Part shown: in pieces, positions 37,901 through 50,870 of the stretch
Layout: each line of letters opens with the position of its first letter
Position numbering within the stretch: position 1 is the first letter of the stretch
Assembly (NCBI RefSeq): GCF_021869535.1
Contig: NW_026262582.1
Location: 40,920,001-40,984,000 of the forward strand
Direction of reading: 5' to 3'
From: Mytilus californianus
Taxonomy: Eukaryota
DNA: 64,000 nucleotides
Notes under the pieces: generated by a model
What the model was told of the DNA's origin: nothing
Databases searched by the model: none
The model's input: only the letters and a program-made list of their open reading frames with translations
Position numbers and translations under genes: made by a program

Positions 37901-38809
37901 CATAATTTTTATGCAAACTGTGTTATCAAATTCATTGAATCATTTGTATTTTATAGCTATTAAGAACAAGAAAAACTACAAGTAGGAATAGATGAAATGA
38001 TGGTGTGTGTCCACTTGTATAACCATATAGATAAATATATATATAGTTATCGTTATACAGGTGACGTACACAATCATTTGAACTATTCCTACTTGTAGTT
38101 TTTCTTGTTCTCAATAGGTAAATACGCATGATTCAATAATTTAACAGGAACTCCCAAATTTATCGGAAACTGCAGTATATCACACCAACCACTAACTTTA
38201 CTGAGAAAATAGACACAGAAGCTAACAAAGATGTTAAGATATGACATTTATGGTCAAGATAATTGACTTTGTACAAGCACGGAATGTTGGATCAGTAACA
38301 GTTTATGTATGTATTTAGATGTCTCCCATTTAGCCTATCTATCTAGTTCATATGTGTCTTGGGGGGAAAAACCAAGACATCAAAAAACCCTGCACAGTCC
38401 AGCTGCCTGTCTACCATCAATAACAACAGCACAAATTTGGAAAGCAGGTCAAAATGTATATGCAGCTTTATAATATATTTTATCAATGTACTTTCAACTA
38501 CCATTCAATCTTGAATCAACGTTGAATGGATGTTGAAACTTTATTGTCTTCAACGTTGAAATTTCAACGTTGATTCAAATTTTCAAAATCAAACATAAAT
38601 TTGACATTGTTTCAACGTTGAGAAACAACATTGTTTCAACGTTGAATCAACGTTGAGTGCCTGCTGGGTTAGATTACGACTTTAAGACATCTATATAACT
38701 TATGTTACATTATATATCTTATGTGAATATCGTTGTCAATTTAAAAAGAATTGTGATGTGCCCAATACTTCTTTTTTGACAATTCTGGTATACACAACTA
38801 CTGGGTTTT

Positions 38810-38996
38810 ATATATTGTTTAGCCAACGTTGATTCAATGCTGGTGTTTCAACACAATGTTAATTCAACATTGAAACAATGTTCTAATTTCAACGTTGAAT
38901 TGTCAACGTTGAATCAATGTTGAATATTTGTTGATCAATGTATAACCTAAAATCAACAAAGATTAAACGTTGATTCAACAAAGTGTGCCTGCAGGG
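38810..38996 (+). mobile_element. Orphan right end of a related CCCAG/CCCTG-TIR element
   Basis: CAACGTTG subterminal repeats ending in GTGTGCCTGCAGGG followed by TA. Confidence 0.65.
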
Positions 38997-39309
38997 TATT
39001 TCGGTTGCCTAGTCCAAAGGAAGCATAATTTATCAACGATTATGCAGATGACTGATGTTGTCTATATGAGAGAAGTTCTAATAAATGTATGATGTCGTAT
39101 ATTACTTACACTGTGCTGACATATAGCAACAAATTTTCATGCGGTGTCCATGATGTAAACAAAAACGAAAGTAATCAAATGGGAGATAACTCCAATTGTT
39201 CAAGTAATTCATGATACAGAGACAAAACAAGTGCTATGGATCATTTGTTAGGCCATGTTTACCTCTACCTCTGATACAATGGCCCACGAAAAGAATCTTT
39301 TAGTTTAGT

Positions 39310-41800
39310 CATCTCGCTAACAGGGTGCTTTCAATTCCAAGAACATAGAACTAACACCAGAGACATGAAAAGTAACAAAGTACCAGTGAAGCACGAAGAT
39401 GGGGACATATGCACCATCAGGGTTACTAGTATTTCACCACTACAAACCCATAACTGTCACCAGAGACAGGAACATTTCAGAAAAAAAAAAGCATTAAAAA
39501 GGGTCTACGTAGAAAACAGAATAAGGAAAGAATAAATAACGAATACGTAACAGGGTATCAGTCGTGCGCAAAAACGGGTACATACGCGCCAATAGCGATG
39601 CTTGAAGGGTCATCCGTTTGGCTTTGCGGGAGGTATAAATACGCAGGCTCGTTGGATCGGGAAGGTGGGCGTGTTAAATCTTGTAGGTAGAGTGCCACGT
39701 TATATCTGCAGGTGAAACAACCATTGAATCAACTCCGTCAAGAGTCAAGTAGCGAATATGTAACAGGGCATTAGTCGAGCGCGAAAACGGGTAACGCGCT
39801 AATAAGGTTATTTCACCACTACGAACCAAGAACTAACACCAGAGACACAAAAAGTACAGAAAAGAAAGCATCAAAAAGGTGCAACGTTTAAAAAGCGAAT
39901 AAGGAACGAATAAGTGACAGGGTATTAGTCGAGCGCGAAAACGGGTACAAACGCGCTAATAGGGTAATTTCAACTCTACCAATTAGGATCTATCATCAGA
40001 TACAAGAAAAGAAAAGAAAAGAAAGCATTTAAAAGGTGCTACGTATAAAAATCGAATAAGGAACACTTAAGTAGCTAATAAGTAACAGGGTATCAGTCGA
40101 ACACAGAAACAGGAACATTCGCGCTAAAAGGGTAATTTCACAAACAAACTACAAACAAAGAACCAACACAAGAGACAAAAAAAAAATAATAAAAAGAAAG
40201 CATTAAAAAGGTGCAACGTATAAAAAGCGAATAAGGAACGAATAAATAACAGGGTTTCAGTCGAGCGCAGAAACGGGTACATACGCGCTAATAGGCTAAT
40301 TTCACCACCACGAACAAAGAACTAACACCAGAGACAAGAAAAGAAAAGAAAAGAACGCAATATAAAAGGTTCAACGTATAAAAATCGAATAAGGAACAAA
40401 TAAGTAGCGAAAAAGTAACAGGGAATCAGTCTAGCGCGAAAACGGGAACATACTCGCTAAAAGAATATTTTTTACTTCTACAAACCACGAACTAACACCA
40501 GAGACAAGAAAATAAAAGAAAAGAAAGCATTAAAAAGGTGCTACGTAAAAAATCGAATAAATAACAGGGTATCAGTAGAGCGCAAAAACGGGTACACACG
40601 CGCTATTAGGGTAATTTCACTTCTAAGTACTAAGAATTAACACCGGAGAATAAAAAATGAAAGAGAAAAAAACATTTAAAAAGTTCAACGTATGAAAATC
40701 GAATAAGGAACAAATAAGTAGCAAATAAGTAATAGGGCATCAAATGAACGCGAAAACGGGTAACGCCCTAATAGGATATTAATTTCACCTCTACCAACCA
40801 AGAACTAAGTAACAAATAAGTAACAGGGTATCAGTAGAGCGCAAAAATGGGTACATACGCGCTAATATGGTAATTTCACTTCTGAGAACTAAGAAGTAAC
40901 ACCAGAGAAAATAAAATAAAAGAGAATAAAGCATTAAAAATGTTCAACGTATGAAAATCGAATAAGGAACAAATAAGTAGCCAATAAGTAACAGGGTATC
41001 TGTCGAGCGCAAAAACGGATAACGCGCCAATAGGGTAATTTCACCTCTTCCAATCAAGAACTATCACCAGAGACAAGAAAAGAAAAGAAAAGAAAGCATT
41101 TAAAAGGTGCTACGTATAAAAATCGAATAAGGAACACATAAGTAGCGAAAAAGTAACAGGGTATCAGTCGAACGCAGAAACAGGTACATTCGCGCTAAAA
41201 GGGTAAGTTCACCTCTACAAACCATGAACTAACACGAGAGACAAGAAAATAAAAGAAAAGAAAGCATTAAAAAGGTGCAACGTTAAAAAATCGAATAAGT
41301 AACAGGGTATCAGTCGAGCTCAAAAACGGGTACATACGCGCTATTAGGGTAATTTCACTTCTAAGTACTAAGAACTAACACCAGAGAATAAAAAATAAAA
41401 GAGAATAAAGCATTAAAAAAGTTCAACGTACAAAAATGGAATAAGGAACAAATAAGTAGCCAATAAGTAATAGGGTATCAGATAAACGCGAAAACGGGTA
41501 ACGCCCTAATAGGGTATTTTCACCTCTCCCAACCAAGAACTATCAGAGATAAGAAAAGAAAAGAAAGCATCGAAAGGGGGAAACATATCAAAATCGAATA
41601 AGGAACGAATAAGGAATAAGTAACGAATAGGTAAGGAATAAGTAACGAATAAGGAATAAGAAACGAATATGTAACGAATAAGGAATAAGGAATACGTAAC
41701 AAATAAGTAACGAATAGGTAACGAATAAGGAATATGGAATAAGTAACGAATAAGGAATAAATAACCAAATTGACGACCCTTTGATAAGGTCGGTATTTTT
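39310..41800 (-). repeat. Tandem array of about 145-170-bp purine-rich units (probable HINE core array)
   Basis: About 13-14 units (TTCAC..AAGAACTAACACCAGAGA..AAGCATTAAAAAGG..GAATAAG..CAGGGTATCAGTCGAGCGC.AAAACGGGTA), decaying into a GAATAAG/TAAC microsatellite at 41590-41765. It is bounded by a GACC..GGTC hairpin and a T-run at about 41770-41800. Confidence 0.85.
39598..39750 (+). mobile_element. SINE fragment inserted in the tandem array
   Basis: Clearly similar to 41963-42110 (GGTCATCCGTTTG..AAATACGCAGGC.CGTT.GATCGGGAAGG..GTGCCACGTT..AACCATTGAATCAA). Confidence 0.65.
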
Positions 41801-41904
41801 GTTATATTTTTTCCCAGTGGCCGTTTTAATTCAGATTTGCTGACCTTGATTTGGATTTACTGTTGATTTGTTCTCATTTCTGTGTAAAAAAAAATTGACT
41901 CGGG

Positions 41905-42290
41905 TATAAATATGCATGGTCAGCAACAGACTTCTTCATCCTGCAGTATTACATAAATGCCATGCTTAAAAGGTCATCCGTTTGCCTTTTTGTGATGTGT
42001 AAATACGCAGGCACGTTCGATCGGGAAGGGGCATGCTAAATCTTGAATGGAGGGTGCCACGTTCTCTTCGGGTAAAATAACCATTGAATCAAATCTGTCG
42101 GGAGTCAATTGGGGCTTATTGCAAGCAAAATGTCTGCACGACTATCATACTCTCCTTTTCAAGTTGCAGTCGAAATTCGTTGTCTCATTCTCGTCGAGCC
42201 ACTTTGTATAACCTATCTATTGGATTATTAATAATTTAGTTTATGCATGAAATATTTGTAACTGGGCGTTAGCCATACAACTATCAATAA
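41905..42290 (+). mobile_element. SINE (MetaSINE-like)
   Basis: The central block is shared with 39598-39750. The 3' end ATGCATGAAATATTTG..CTGGGCGTTA..CAACTATCAAT resembles 24690-24740. Confidence 0.55.
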
Positions 42291-42734
42291 AACCTATACA
42301 ACTTTCAACGATTTGAATTTGTAAATGTCAAATTTTAAAACTCTTGTTGCGATGTCGGTTTACAGCTATTTTATAAACCGTCCCACTCACAATATGTATC
42401 GTAGTCTTTGAACCGCGCTGTTGCTTAATTTTATTATTAAGCCTCAAATCGTTTGCCTCACTAGAAAAAAAGATTCAACCTACGCCACTGACCAATCTTC
42501 TCTTGGACTGTTTCCTGGTGACTCTGGTAAACCCAGATTTGTGTCAACCTATTTGTGAACTTGCGGAGTATATTATCTATATGCATGTAGCATATCAAAT
42601 ATTATCGTCCTAACTGACTGATGAACGCGTTAGTAATCAATTCTAATCATCTTCGATTTACACCAAAAGTTAACAGTATATATCGATCATTAAAGTCTTA
42701 TTCATGCATCCCCTTTCATTTCGGAATCTTATAT

Positions 42735-43668
42735 TACTTTCGAGACTGCGAAATTTATTTCGCGAAAGGAGATATAGCGATGCTAGATTCCGTCGTCGGC
42801 GTCGTCAACATCTAGGTTCAGTCTGTGGTTAAAGTTTTTTTTATACTTTAATCACTTTGTCAAACCTACATTTAATTTTATGAAATTTGAACAGAAGCTT
42901 ATATAATTAGTTCTGACCTGAAAACAGTATCCAGGGCAAAATTGTGATAATATTTATTTTAATTTTTTCGTATTTTACTGATAAATGAGCTGAGTTTTTT
43001 TTTACAGTTAACAAGTAGATACAGTCTGAGGTTATTTTTTTCATTTATCAATAACTTTGTAAAACCTTAATAGAAATTTAAGAAGCTTAGTTATGACCAA
43101 AATACAGTATTCAGAGCAAAAGTTTGAAAATATTTATTTTTATTTTTCTTTTTTCCGTATTTAACTGATAAATGGACTAGGTTTTTTTTTACATTTAACA
43201 AATTAATTCAGTCTAGGGTTAAAGTTTGTTACACATCAATTACTTTATCAAACCTTCATAGAATTTCATGAAATTTTGACAGAAGCTTTTTTTATGATTA
43301 AGAAATAATGTCTAAAGCAAACTTTTGAAAATATCTTTTTTTCATTTTCAGTATTTTCTGATAGATGGACTTAAGTTTTTTTTTTACAGTTAACATTTAC
43401 AGACAGTCTAGGATTAAACTTTTTCGACATGATAAATTTGTAAACCTTCATGGATTGTTATGAAACTTGGACAGAAGCTAATCTTCAAGACCATGAAATA
43501 GCATCTAAAGAAAAAGTTTGATTTCTTTTTAAATTCTGTATTTTACTGAAAAATGATTTTTAAATTCTGTATTTAACTGATAAATGGACTCACTTTTTAA
43601 GTCAATATTACACTTTTACACTGATCGCAAACATCGCAGGCGAGACACAGAGTTCCGCGGAACCCCTT
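42735..43668 (+). mobile_element. HINE/Helentron-like element with about four core repeats of about 193 bp
   Basis: 5' CGTCGTCGGCGTCGTC microsatellite; repeats of TGAAATT..ACAGAAGCT..GTATTTTACTGATAAATGGACT; 3' GGCGAGACAC followed by the palindrome GTTCCGCGGAAC. Confidence 0.7.
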
Positions 43669-45164
43669 ACGAATTTTTGTTATTGTAACTGCTCAACATA
43701 CTCTAACGGTCGAAAGCAACACCTATGTCTCGCCTTCATCGACTGTCGTCGGAGGCGAAACAAAAAAATCAGACAATTTGAAAGTTTTTGTTTAATATAT
43801 CACTTCATTTTAATTCATAAGACAGAGATCTATTTTGTCTCCAATAAATGTACCATTATTTAGTGTTCAAAATCGCCTTAATGAAAACGAACTGCGTTGA
43901 CATATTTCAATTTCGATCGATAACTATATAAACATTGTTCATTTTTAAATGACAAATAGTCAGAACTTAATACCGAAATTGATTTCAAAAGTCGTTTTTC
44001 GTTTACGTTTTGTGATCTCAAAAACACTTCTGTTTTACTATTTCTGTTGTAATAGACATTAAGAACGAAAAATAATAACACTTTCTCAAAAAATAAAAAC
44101 GAAAACACTTTCGTTTTTTGTTTACATTTTTGATTTCTTAAAACAAAAAACAAATGGACGCAAGTATACACGGACCCTTAATGTATACAGAAAAAGGATT
44201 TTTATATTACCAGGTTAAATACTAAGACCTAGCTTTTAATAATAAAAAACATAATAAGACGAAATACCAACGGGACATTCAAAACTCATAAAGTGAAAGA
44301 CAACCTGACATCACCATGTCGAGAAACAACGAAACTACACAATACACTACCTAGAATACAAATGGCAGAGCAACATGAACCCCACCAAAAACCAGGGGTG
44401 ATCACACGTGATCAGGAATGGTTAGCAGATCTTGCACCAGATGTGACAACTGCGTAAAAGCGACCACACATTGGTACGGTATTATTCAGCTTGCTTTTAC
44501 TTGTAAATGTGTTCTTGTTTATATTTATTCCACCGTTATTAACGAGTTTAGTCCTTTATAAACTGCAGCTTATTGGAATTCTATGCGACTGTCGTACAAG
44601 CGAGAGGTTTAGCTAGCTACATGTATAAAACCAGGTTTAATCCACCATTTTCTATATAAGGAAATGCCTGTACCAAGTCAGGAACATGACAGTTGTTTTC
44701 CATTCGTTTGATGTGTTTGAGCTTTTGATTTTGCCATTTGATAAGGGACTTACCGTTTTGAATGTTCCTTGGAGTTCGGTATTTTCGTTATTTTTCTTTT
44801 TATTGTAGGATCGCATATGATACGTTTGTTTCCCCCTTATCGGGATCACGTGATCGCGACAAACAAAGAAAAGGGTTGTATGTGGATAAAAAAACAAGGG
44901 TAACGTTTTTTAAATGCATCTGCCCTAAGTCAGGAATCTGGTCAGTGACTGTCTATAGTTACATTTAAGCGGTTTGTGTCCTTCAAAAAGTAAGTGCTTT
45001 TTGAGGATATTTTGTCATGTATGTTGAATTGCCACGTGCAGTGTTCAAATTGATCGTTTTTACCTAACCGGTTACTCGAATAATCTTTCGAACCAACTAA
45101 CATGTTAACCGGTATGAAAATTAATGTTTAAAAAAAAGTACCCTAAGGGTGACTTGGGTAAATA

Positions 45165-45450
45165 AATATGGTCACTTTTGGTCTTCTTCCAACCAGCAGT
45201 GCAGTTAAACACTTGCCAAAGTGTGGCGTCTTTGTGGCTGTATAGGATGTATGAATTCGCAGCCACGTCTGGTCAGAATGGAGACATTAAATCCGATGTC
45301 TCGTGTAGATGAAGCATCGCACTCATTGCACGTTAAAAACCCTTGCAGCAACCGTTTGATAGGTCCGTATGTAGTCTGTTGCAAGGCTGTACAAAAGAAG
45401 TATAATAAAAGTCACTCGGCATGCATAGCAAGAACTGCTTACCCTATCAT
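45165..45450 (+). mobile_element. SINE (MetaSINE-like)
   Basis: GGTCTTCTTCC..GCCAAAGTG..GCAGCCACGTCTGGTCAGAATGGAGACATTAAATCCGAT..GCACGTTAAAAACCC; homologous to 24370-24745. Confidence 0.6.
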
Positions 45451-45752
45451 CTCAAACATTCTCAATCATTTGTTTTGCTGTTCATGCTATCCTACATGTT
45501 TTTTAGATTTGTATATGGTGTTTACAGACTTTGATGTCTATTTGGTTATTTTTGTAGTTGGGTTGCTGTTTTGTTGTCCTCTTTTTTAATCGTAACGCAT
45601 TAAATAGCAGAACTGTGGTATACAACTTAACCTCTTCATTCTCAAATTTAGACTTGATCATGAACCAACGACATGAATTTGTGCATTATCTTTACTAGCG
45701 CTTCTATCTGTTACTTCTCTCATTGAAGGTTTCAAAAAACAACAAATCAGTT

Positions 45753-46270
45753 ATGAAGGTTTCTGATAATGAATGCAAGACAATAGAAAAAAGTACACGA
45801 CGACAAAGTAAATGTATACGCAATGATAAGTTCCGTCACCGAAAATGGAGATAGCTGCGTCAAAATTTGGGGAAATTACCAGAATGACAACCAAAATGAA
45901 CAAAAACAAACTGTGCAAAACTTGTATTAATAACCAAAAAAATTGTAAGAACATCTGTGTTACACGGTTAACAATTTGAGTCAAAAGCAATTTAAATTTG
46001 AAGCACAAAAAGGTGTAAAATGAAGCCTTCAGGCCTGTTTATCAGACCAGATTTTCCATTTTAGGAGCTTCTCCTGATGGTATTCTTGACAACGATTTTT
46101 CAATTGAGGTAAAATGTGCGTACAATGGTAGGAATGATAATGTGTTCCCAGGGAAATTGTTTTCTTTTCTTAATAGAAATACATGTACATCTGGTTAAAT
46201 AGCTCTGAAGGAGATAAGTACCTATTACGCTCAAATTCAAGAGTTTATTTTCAAAACAAAATACTGCTAT
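45753..46270 (+). pseudogene. YqaJ-like (lambda-exonuclease family) remnant, ISL2EU second ORF
   Basis: Broken translation MKVSDNECKTIEKSTRRQSKC..IAASKFGEI..LHG.QFESKA..KPSGLFIRPDFPFLGASPDGILDNDFSIEVKC..YYAQIQ. These are the TASxFG, HG..E, ASPDG, ExKC and YYxQxQ motifs of YqaJ. Confidence 0.85.
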
Positions 46271-46743
46271 TTTATTTTATTATACTACACGTTAAAATGC
46301 AAGATTCTGATTGGATAATACGAGGGAGACAATTTACTCCATCCCATGGCTGAGCGGGAGACAATTATTTGAATGTCACCCTCTCGTGCGGACCAATCAA
46401 AAATCGATAATTTAAAGGACAATAAATTGAATTTACATCAAATAATTAAAGACAATGCTCAAGTTCTACGTTTTGGCTCAGAACTTTTTTTATAGACTGT
46501 CAAAATATAAAAAAAACATCTTGCTTCACTTCTGTTGATTTTTCTAATATCTGTAACGTTGTAATGTACGTGACGTCATAGTAAAATACTTAAAATTTAA
46601 AATTCAACAGTAAAATGCAAAAATGATAGGACATTCAGTATAATAAATTAAATAACACATAGCTGAGAGGGTCACAGTGATAGAACAGATTGGTACCCCT
46701 CGAAAATACACTGTCAACCTTGACAATCATATTGACTATCATT

Positions 46744-47026
46744 CTTTATGTGCCTGCCCCAAGTCAGGAGCCTGTAGTTCAGTGGTTGTCGTTGGTTCAT
46801 GTCGGTCATATTTGTTTTTCGTAAATTGTTTTGTTATAAATTTGGCCGTTAGTTTTCTCAATTGAATTGTTTCATATTTTTCATGTCGGTGCTTTTTATA
46901 GCCGACTATACGGTATGGGTTTTTCTCATTGTTGAAGGCCGGACGGTTGCCTATAATTTACTACATCCACTTCATTTGAACTTTGGTGAATAGTTGTCTC
47001 ATTGGCAATCATACCTCATCTCCTTA
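46744..47026 (+). mobile_element. High-copy repeat, near-identical to 58123-58430
   Basis: Direct visual alignment over about 280 bp with few mismatches. Confidence 0.85.
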
Positions 47027-48385
47027 TTTTTAGCTCACCTGGCCCGAAGGGCCAAGTGAGCTTTTCTCATCACTTGGCGTCGTCCGTCGTCGTCGTTAAC
47101 TTTTTACATTTTGAATTTCTTCTAGAGAATCACTGAATGGAATGAAACGAAACATGGCATGAATGTTCCTTATGAGGTGCTGACCAAGTGTTGTTACTTT
47201 GTAGCGGATCCATCATCCAAGATGGCCGCCAGCGGGGGACTTAGTTTAACATAGGACCCTATGGGAAATACATACAAATGTCTTCTTTTAGAGAACCACT
47301 GAATGGAATGAAACCAAACATGGCATGAATGTTCCTTATGAGGTGCTGACCGAGTGTTGTTACTTTGAAGCCGATCCATAATCCAAGATGGCCGCCAGCG
47401 GGGGACTTAGTTTAACATGGGACCCTATGGGAAATACATACAAACGTCTTCTTCAAGAGAACCACTGAATGGAATGAAATCAAACATGGTATGAATATTC
47501 CTTATGAGGTGCTGACCGAGTGTTGTTACTTTGAAGCCGATCCATAATCCAAGTTGGCCGCCAGCGGGGGACTTAGTTTAACATGGGACCCTATGGGAAA
47601 TACATACAAACGCCTTTCTTTTAGAGAACCACTGAATGGAATGAAACCAAACATGACATGAATGTTCCTTATGAGGTGCTGACCAAGTGTTGTTACTTTG
47701 AAGCTGATCCATCATCCAAGATGGCCGCCAGCGGGGGACTTGGTTTAACATAGGACCCTATTGGAAATACATACAAATGTCTTCTTTTAGAGAACCACTG
47801 AATGCAATGAAACCAAACATGGCATGAATGTTCCTTATGAGGTGCTGACCAAGTGTTGCTACTATGAAGCCGATCCATAATCTAAGATGGCCGCCAGCGG
47901 AGGACTTAGTTTAACATAGGACCCTATGGACAATACATACAAATGTCTTCTTTTAGAGAACCACATACTGAATGGATTGAAACCAAACATGGTATGAATG
48001 TTCCTTATGAGGTGCTGACTAAGTTTTGTTACTTTGAAGCTGATCCTTCATCCAGAATGGCCGCCGATGGGGGGACTTCCTTTAACATAAGACCCTATGG
48101 GAAATACATACAAATGCTTCTTCTTGAGGTGCACTGAATGTAATGAAACCAAAACATGGCATAAATGTTTCTTATGAGGTGCTGATGAAGTGTTGCTACT
48201 TTGTTGCTGATTTACTGTTCAAGATGGCCACCAGGATTTTTTATCAAATTACAGGACCAATATTAGACAAAATTTGGCCTCACTCATTATTAGGGTATCT
48301 GTTATGATTTTAATCTATTTTTACATGATTTCCAAAACCAAAGTAGAATCAGGTGAGCGACACAGGCTCTTGAGAGCCTCTAGTT
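47027..48385 (+). mobile_element. HINE/DINE-1-like non-autonomous Helentron with about seven core repeats of 166 bp
   Basis: subTIRs GCTCACCT (47033-47040) and AGGTGAGC (48351-48358); 5' hairpin GGCCCGAAGGGCC; CGTCGT microsatellite; 3' hairpin AGGCTCTTGAGAGCCT followed by CTAGTT. Units start at 47127, 47293, 47459, 47626, 47792, 47958 and about 48127. Confidence 0.88.
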
Positions 48386-49453
48386 ATATCAAACCACATC
48401 TCTTATTTTGTACAAGAAAGAGAAACATAAACTTTTTTTTATGTATATTTGTACAAATTTGCTAAAAATAGGCCGAAAACTTTGACAGAGTTTTTTTTTT
48501 TCATTTGCCCACTGGTACAAATTAATTAGTATTTCTTCTCATTTCCATATGACTGTCATAACATAACATAAACATGATTAATGAAAATTAGCAGGTTAAA
48601 AACATTAAATATGACAGCAGTGAATGAGCTTTAAACATATTTTGTTCTAAAATTTTCAATGAAATAACCCAAAATTGAAATTTAATGACATGGGTGCAAA
48701 TACTGACTGTACCAAAATTTGGGAATGGGAATATTTAATATGTTGTCAAGTAAAATATAGAAAGAAAAAGTATCAATTTAGAAATCCTTCTTATTCCTGA
48801 ATATTTTGCAGGTCAAAAAATAAATTTTCAGAAATCTAGTGACACTTATTCGTGTCCATAGAATAAACTATAAAAAAAATTAGAGAAATTTTTCATTTTT
48901 TAAATACTTAAGGCCAAAACAAAATGTATGTGTGTTTCTCATTACCTTCTATGAAAATACAAGATCACTAGGTTGGATGTGGTAAAAAGTTTTGGTCACA
49001 AGATTGAAAACTGAAAAAAAATGTTTTTCTATTGCAAATTTATAAAGTGTATTGTTTTTTGAAAATGCTACACTAAATCTTATATTAAACAAAGTGCTTT
49101 AGTTTATTAGGTCCCTTTTGGTTAAATAGTGTTTATGTCTTATACATCCAATGCATTCAAATGTTTGGGTTTGGGCCTGCCAGACGACAGTACCATGTCA
49201 AGCCAGTGAAGCGCTTTGGTCACACAACACTAATAAAGTGTAATTTTCATTTCAATGAACAAACAACCATTTACATTTCATCTGGTTTTGAACGATTCTG
49301 TAAAATATTTTGATAATATAAGTTAGTGGTTAAAACAACTGATAAGATTTGAAGAAATTTTCATAAATACATTATAACCAGCTTTAAAATGAGGATACCT
49401 TGAGTATAAAGAGAATACACATATAGTTTTTCTGTTAGGCCGAAACCACGTTC

Positions 49454-50290
49454 TTAAGCATTTTTATTCACAATACACTTTCTAAAAATTGTAATAGAAA
49501 AAAAACACAAAAACAATTCTAGCAAAGTAGGAGTGTTCACTTTCAAATCTTGTGCTGCCAAGAAATCCTGAACTTTTATTCCACGGTCAGCCATTATGCT
49601 ATCTTTCTTTTCAAATAAATTCAAGTTCAGCTGAAGCAATTCTGACTTTTCTATTATCTGACGATCACTGACCGAGCCCCCATAAATTTCACTAACATAT
49701 GACACTGTTCATCTTGAAGTCTACCTATCATAGTTTTCATCGTGTTTTTATGTTAATAGCTTGAACATGTCACACTTTGTGCATCAACGTGTGATGGTTT
49801 TTGTATAGGTGTCGCAGTAGCATTCAATAGAACCCGTGTAGTTGCAAATCAATACCTAAAATCCACAGGAATATAATCAGTAACAATAGATATAAGAAGA
49901 TGTGGTATGAGTGCCAATGAGTAACAATGTCTGTATATGGCCAAATATTGAGCTCTTTCAATTGAAAGTACATAAAATATATCCACACAATAAAATATAT
50001 CCACACAATAACAATCTTTGAAACAGTAGATTCAGATACCTCTATTAAAAACTCAGTTCCAATTCTTAGTTCTGTCGTAATTTTATCAAACACATACATA
50101 GTTGATCTTTTGGTGACAAAGATAGACATTGTCATTTGATAACTTAATTCATTCACAGCAGGGCCTACACAATTCAAAAATGACATAAAATGATCATAGT
50201 CCCTGAATGATGTATAATACAGGACTCGCTTAGGATCATTGATCAAATTCTCAATAGCAAATCTACCCAGTATTGCACATCTACTCCAAT
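49454..50290 (-). pseudogene. PIF/Harbinger-superfamily (ISL2EU-type) DDE_Tnp_4 transposase remnant
   Basis: RFAIENL..DPKRVLYYTSFRDYDHF, VSESTVSKI...W..FMYFQLKELNIWP and YVSEIYGGSVSDRQI..S..L....DSIMADRG..VQD.L..Q..KVNTP. Confidence 0.85.
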
Positions 50291-50579
50291 TTATATGATG
50301 TCCTCCATGATGATAAACAGCCATGTTGTTATTTCCATTATTACCTTTTGTACATTTTTTTTTAGTTCAATTAAAAAGCATTTTAAAGGCCATAACAAAA
50401 AAAGCCAAACATTGTACATTTACATCACCCCTCAATGGTTTCTTTGATTCTGGGTTTCTAAAAGTTTTCACAAAAAATAGCAATAACTCCCAACTCAATT
50501 TTAAATAAAATTGGTTACGAAAATGGACTTAAGGATTTTCAAATCTTAAATTTTGTACATATTTGAAAAATGAATTGAT

Positions 50580-50870
50580 GTTAAATGTTCAGTGGCAAAT
50601 ATCACATGCATATCAGGACGTGAACATGTTAATGTAATACGAATAGCATATTTGAATAATGCTTTTTACTTGAGTTATACTCTGAGCTTGATTTTTTAAA
50701 ATTTTAACAAGGTACCGGAAGACATGTCAACTTTCCCGGACAAACTAATCTGACTCTGAGTCATTACCCCAAAAAAGATGTGTGCTTAGCTGTGAATCAG
50801 CAAATACCAATTTTGGAGTTTACACTTTGATCGGTATCGAACGCTTGACCACTTTCACTATAGCAGCAAT
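50580..50870 (-). mobile_element. Decayed V-SINE-like element
   Basis: The reverse complement contains AAAATTGGTATTTGCTG..CAGCTAAGCACAC and a 3' CCTGATATGCAT..ATATTTGCCACTG, homologous to 63405-63762. Confidence 0.6.

Larger units (their letters stand above)
29945..38668 (+). mobile_element. Second CMC/EnSpm-type DNA element (CCCAGCAGGCAC TIRs), 8724 bp including nested inserts
   Basis: Left end CCCAGCAGGCACTCAACGTTGAATAAACGTTG; the reverse complement of the right end is CCCAGCAGGCACTCAACGTTGATTCAACGTTG. 2-bp TSD TT (29943-29944 and 38669-38670). Many subterminal CAACGTTG repeats. No transposase seen. Confidence 0.85.

Noticed and set aside
41520-41768. 82-aa ORF (YSLFVTYS repeats)
   Set aside because: It is the translation of a microsatellite, not a credible CDS.
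43770-44181. Kolobok-like MITE ending ACACGGACCC|TTAA
   Set aside because: Only one terminus is visible, so the extent cannot be defined.
47194-48137. Repeated 61-64-aa ORFs
   Set aside because: By-products of the tandem repeat; other units contain stops in these frames.
47127-48230. CRISPR-like array
   Set aside because: The whole 166-bp unit repeats with no unique spacers, there are no cas genes, and the context is eukaryotic. It is a HINE core array.
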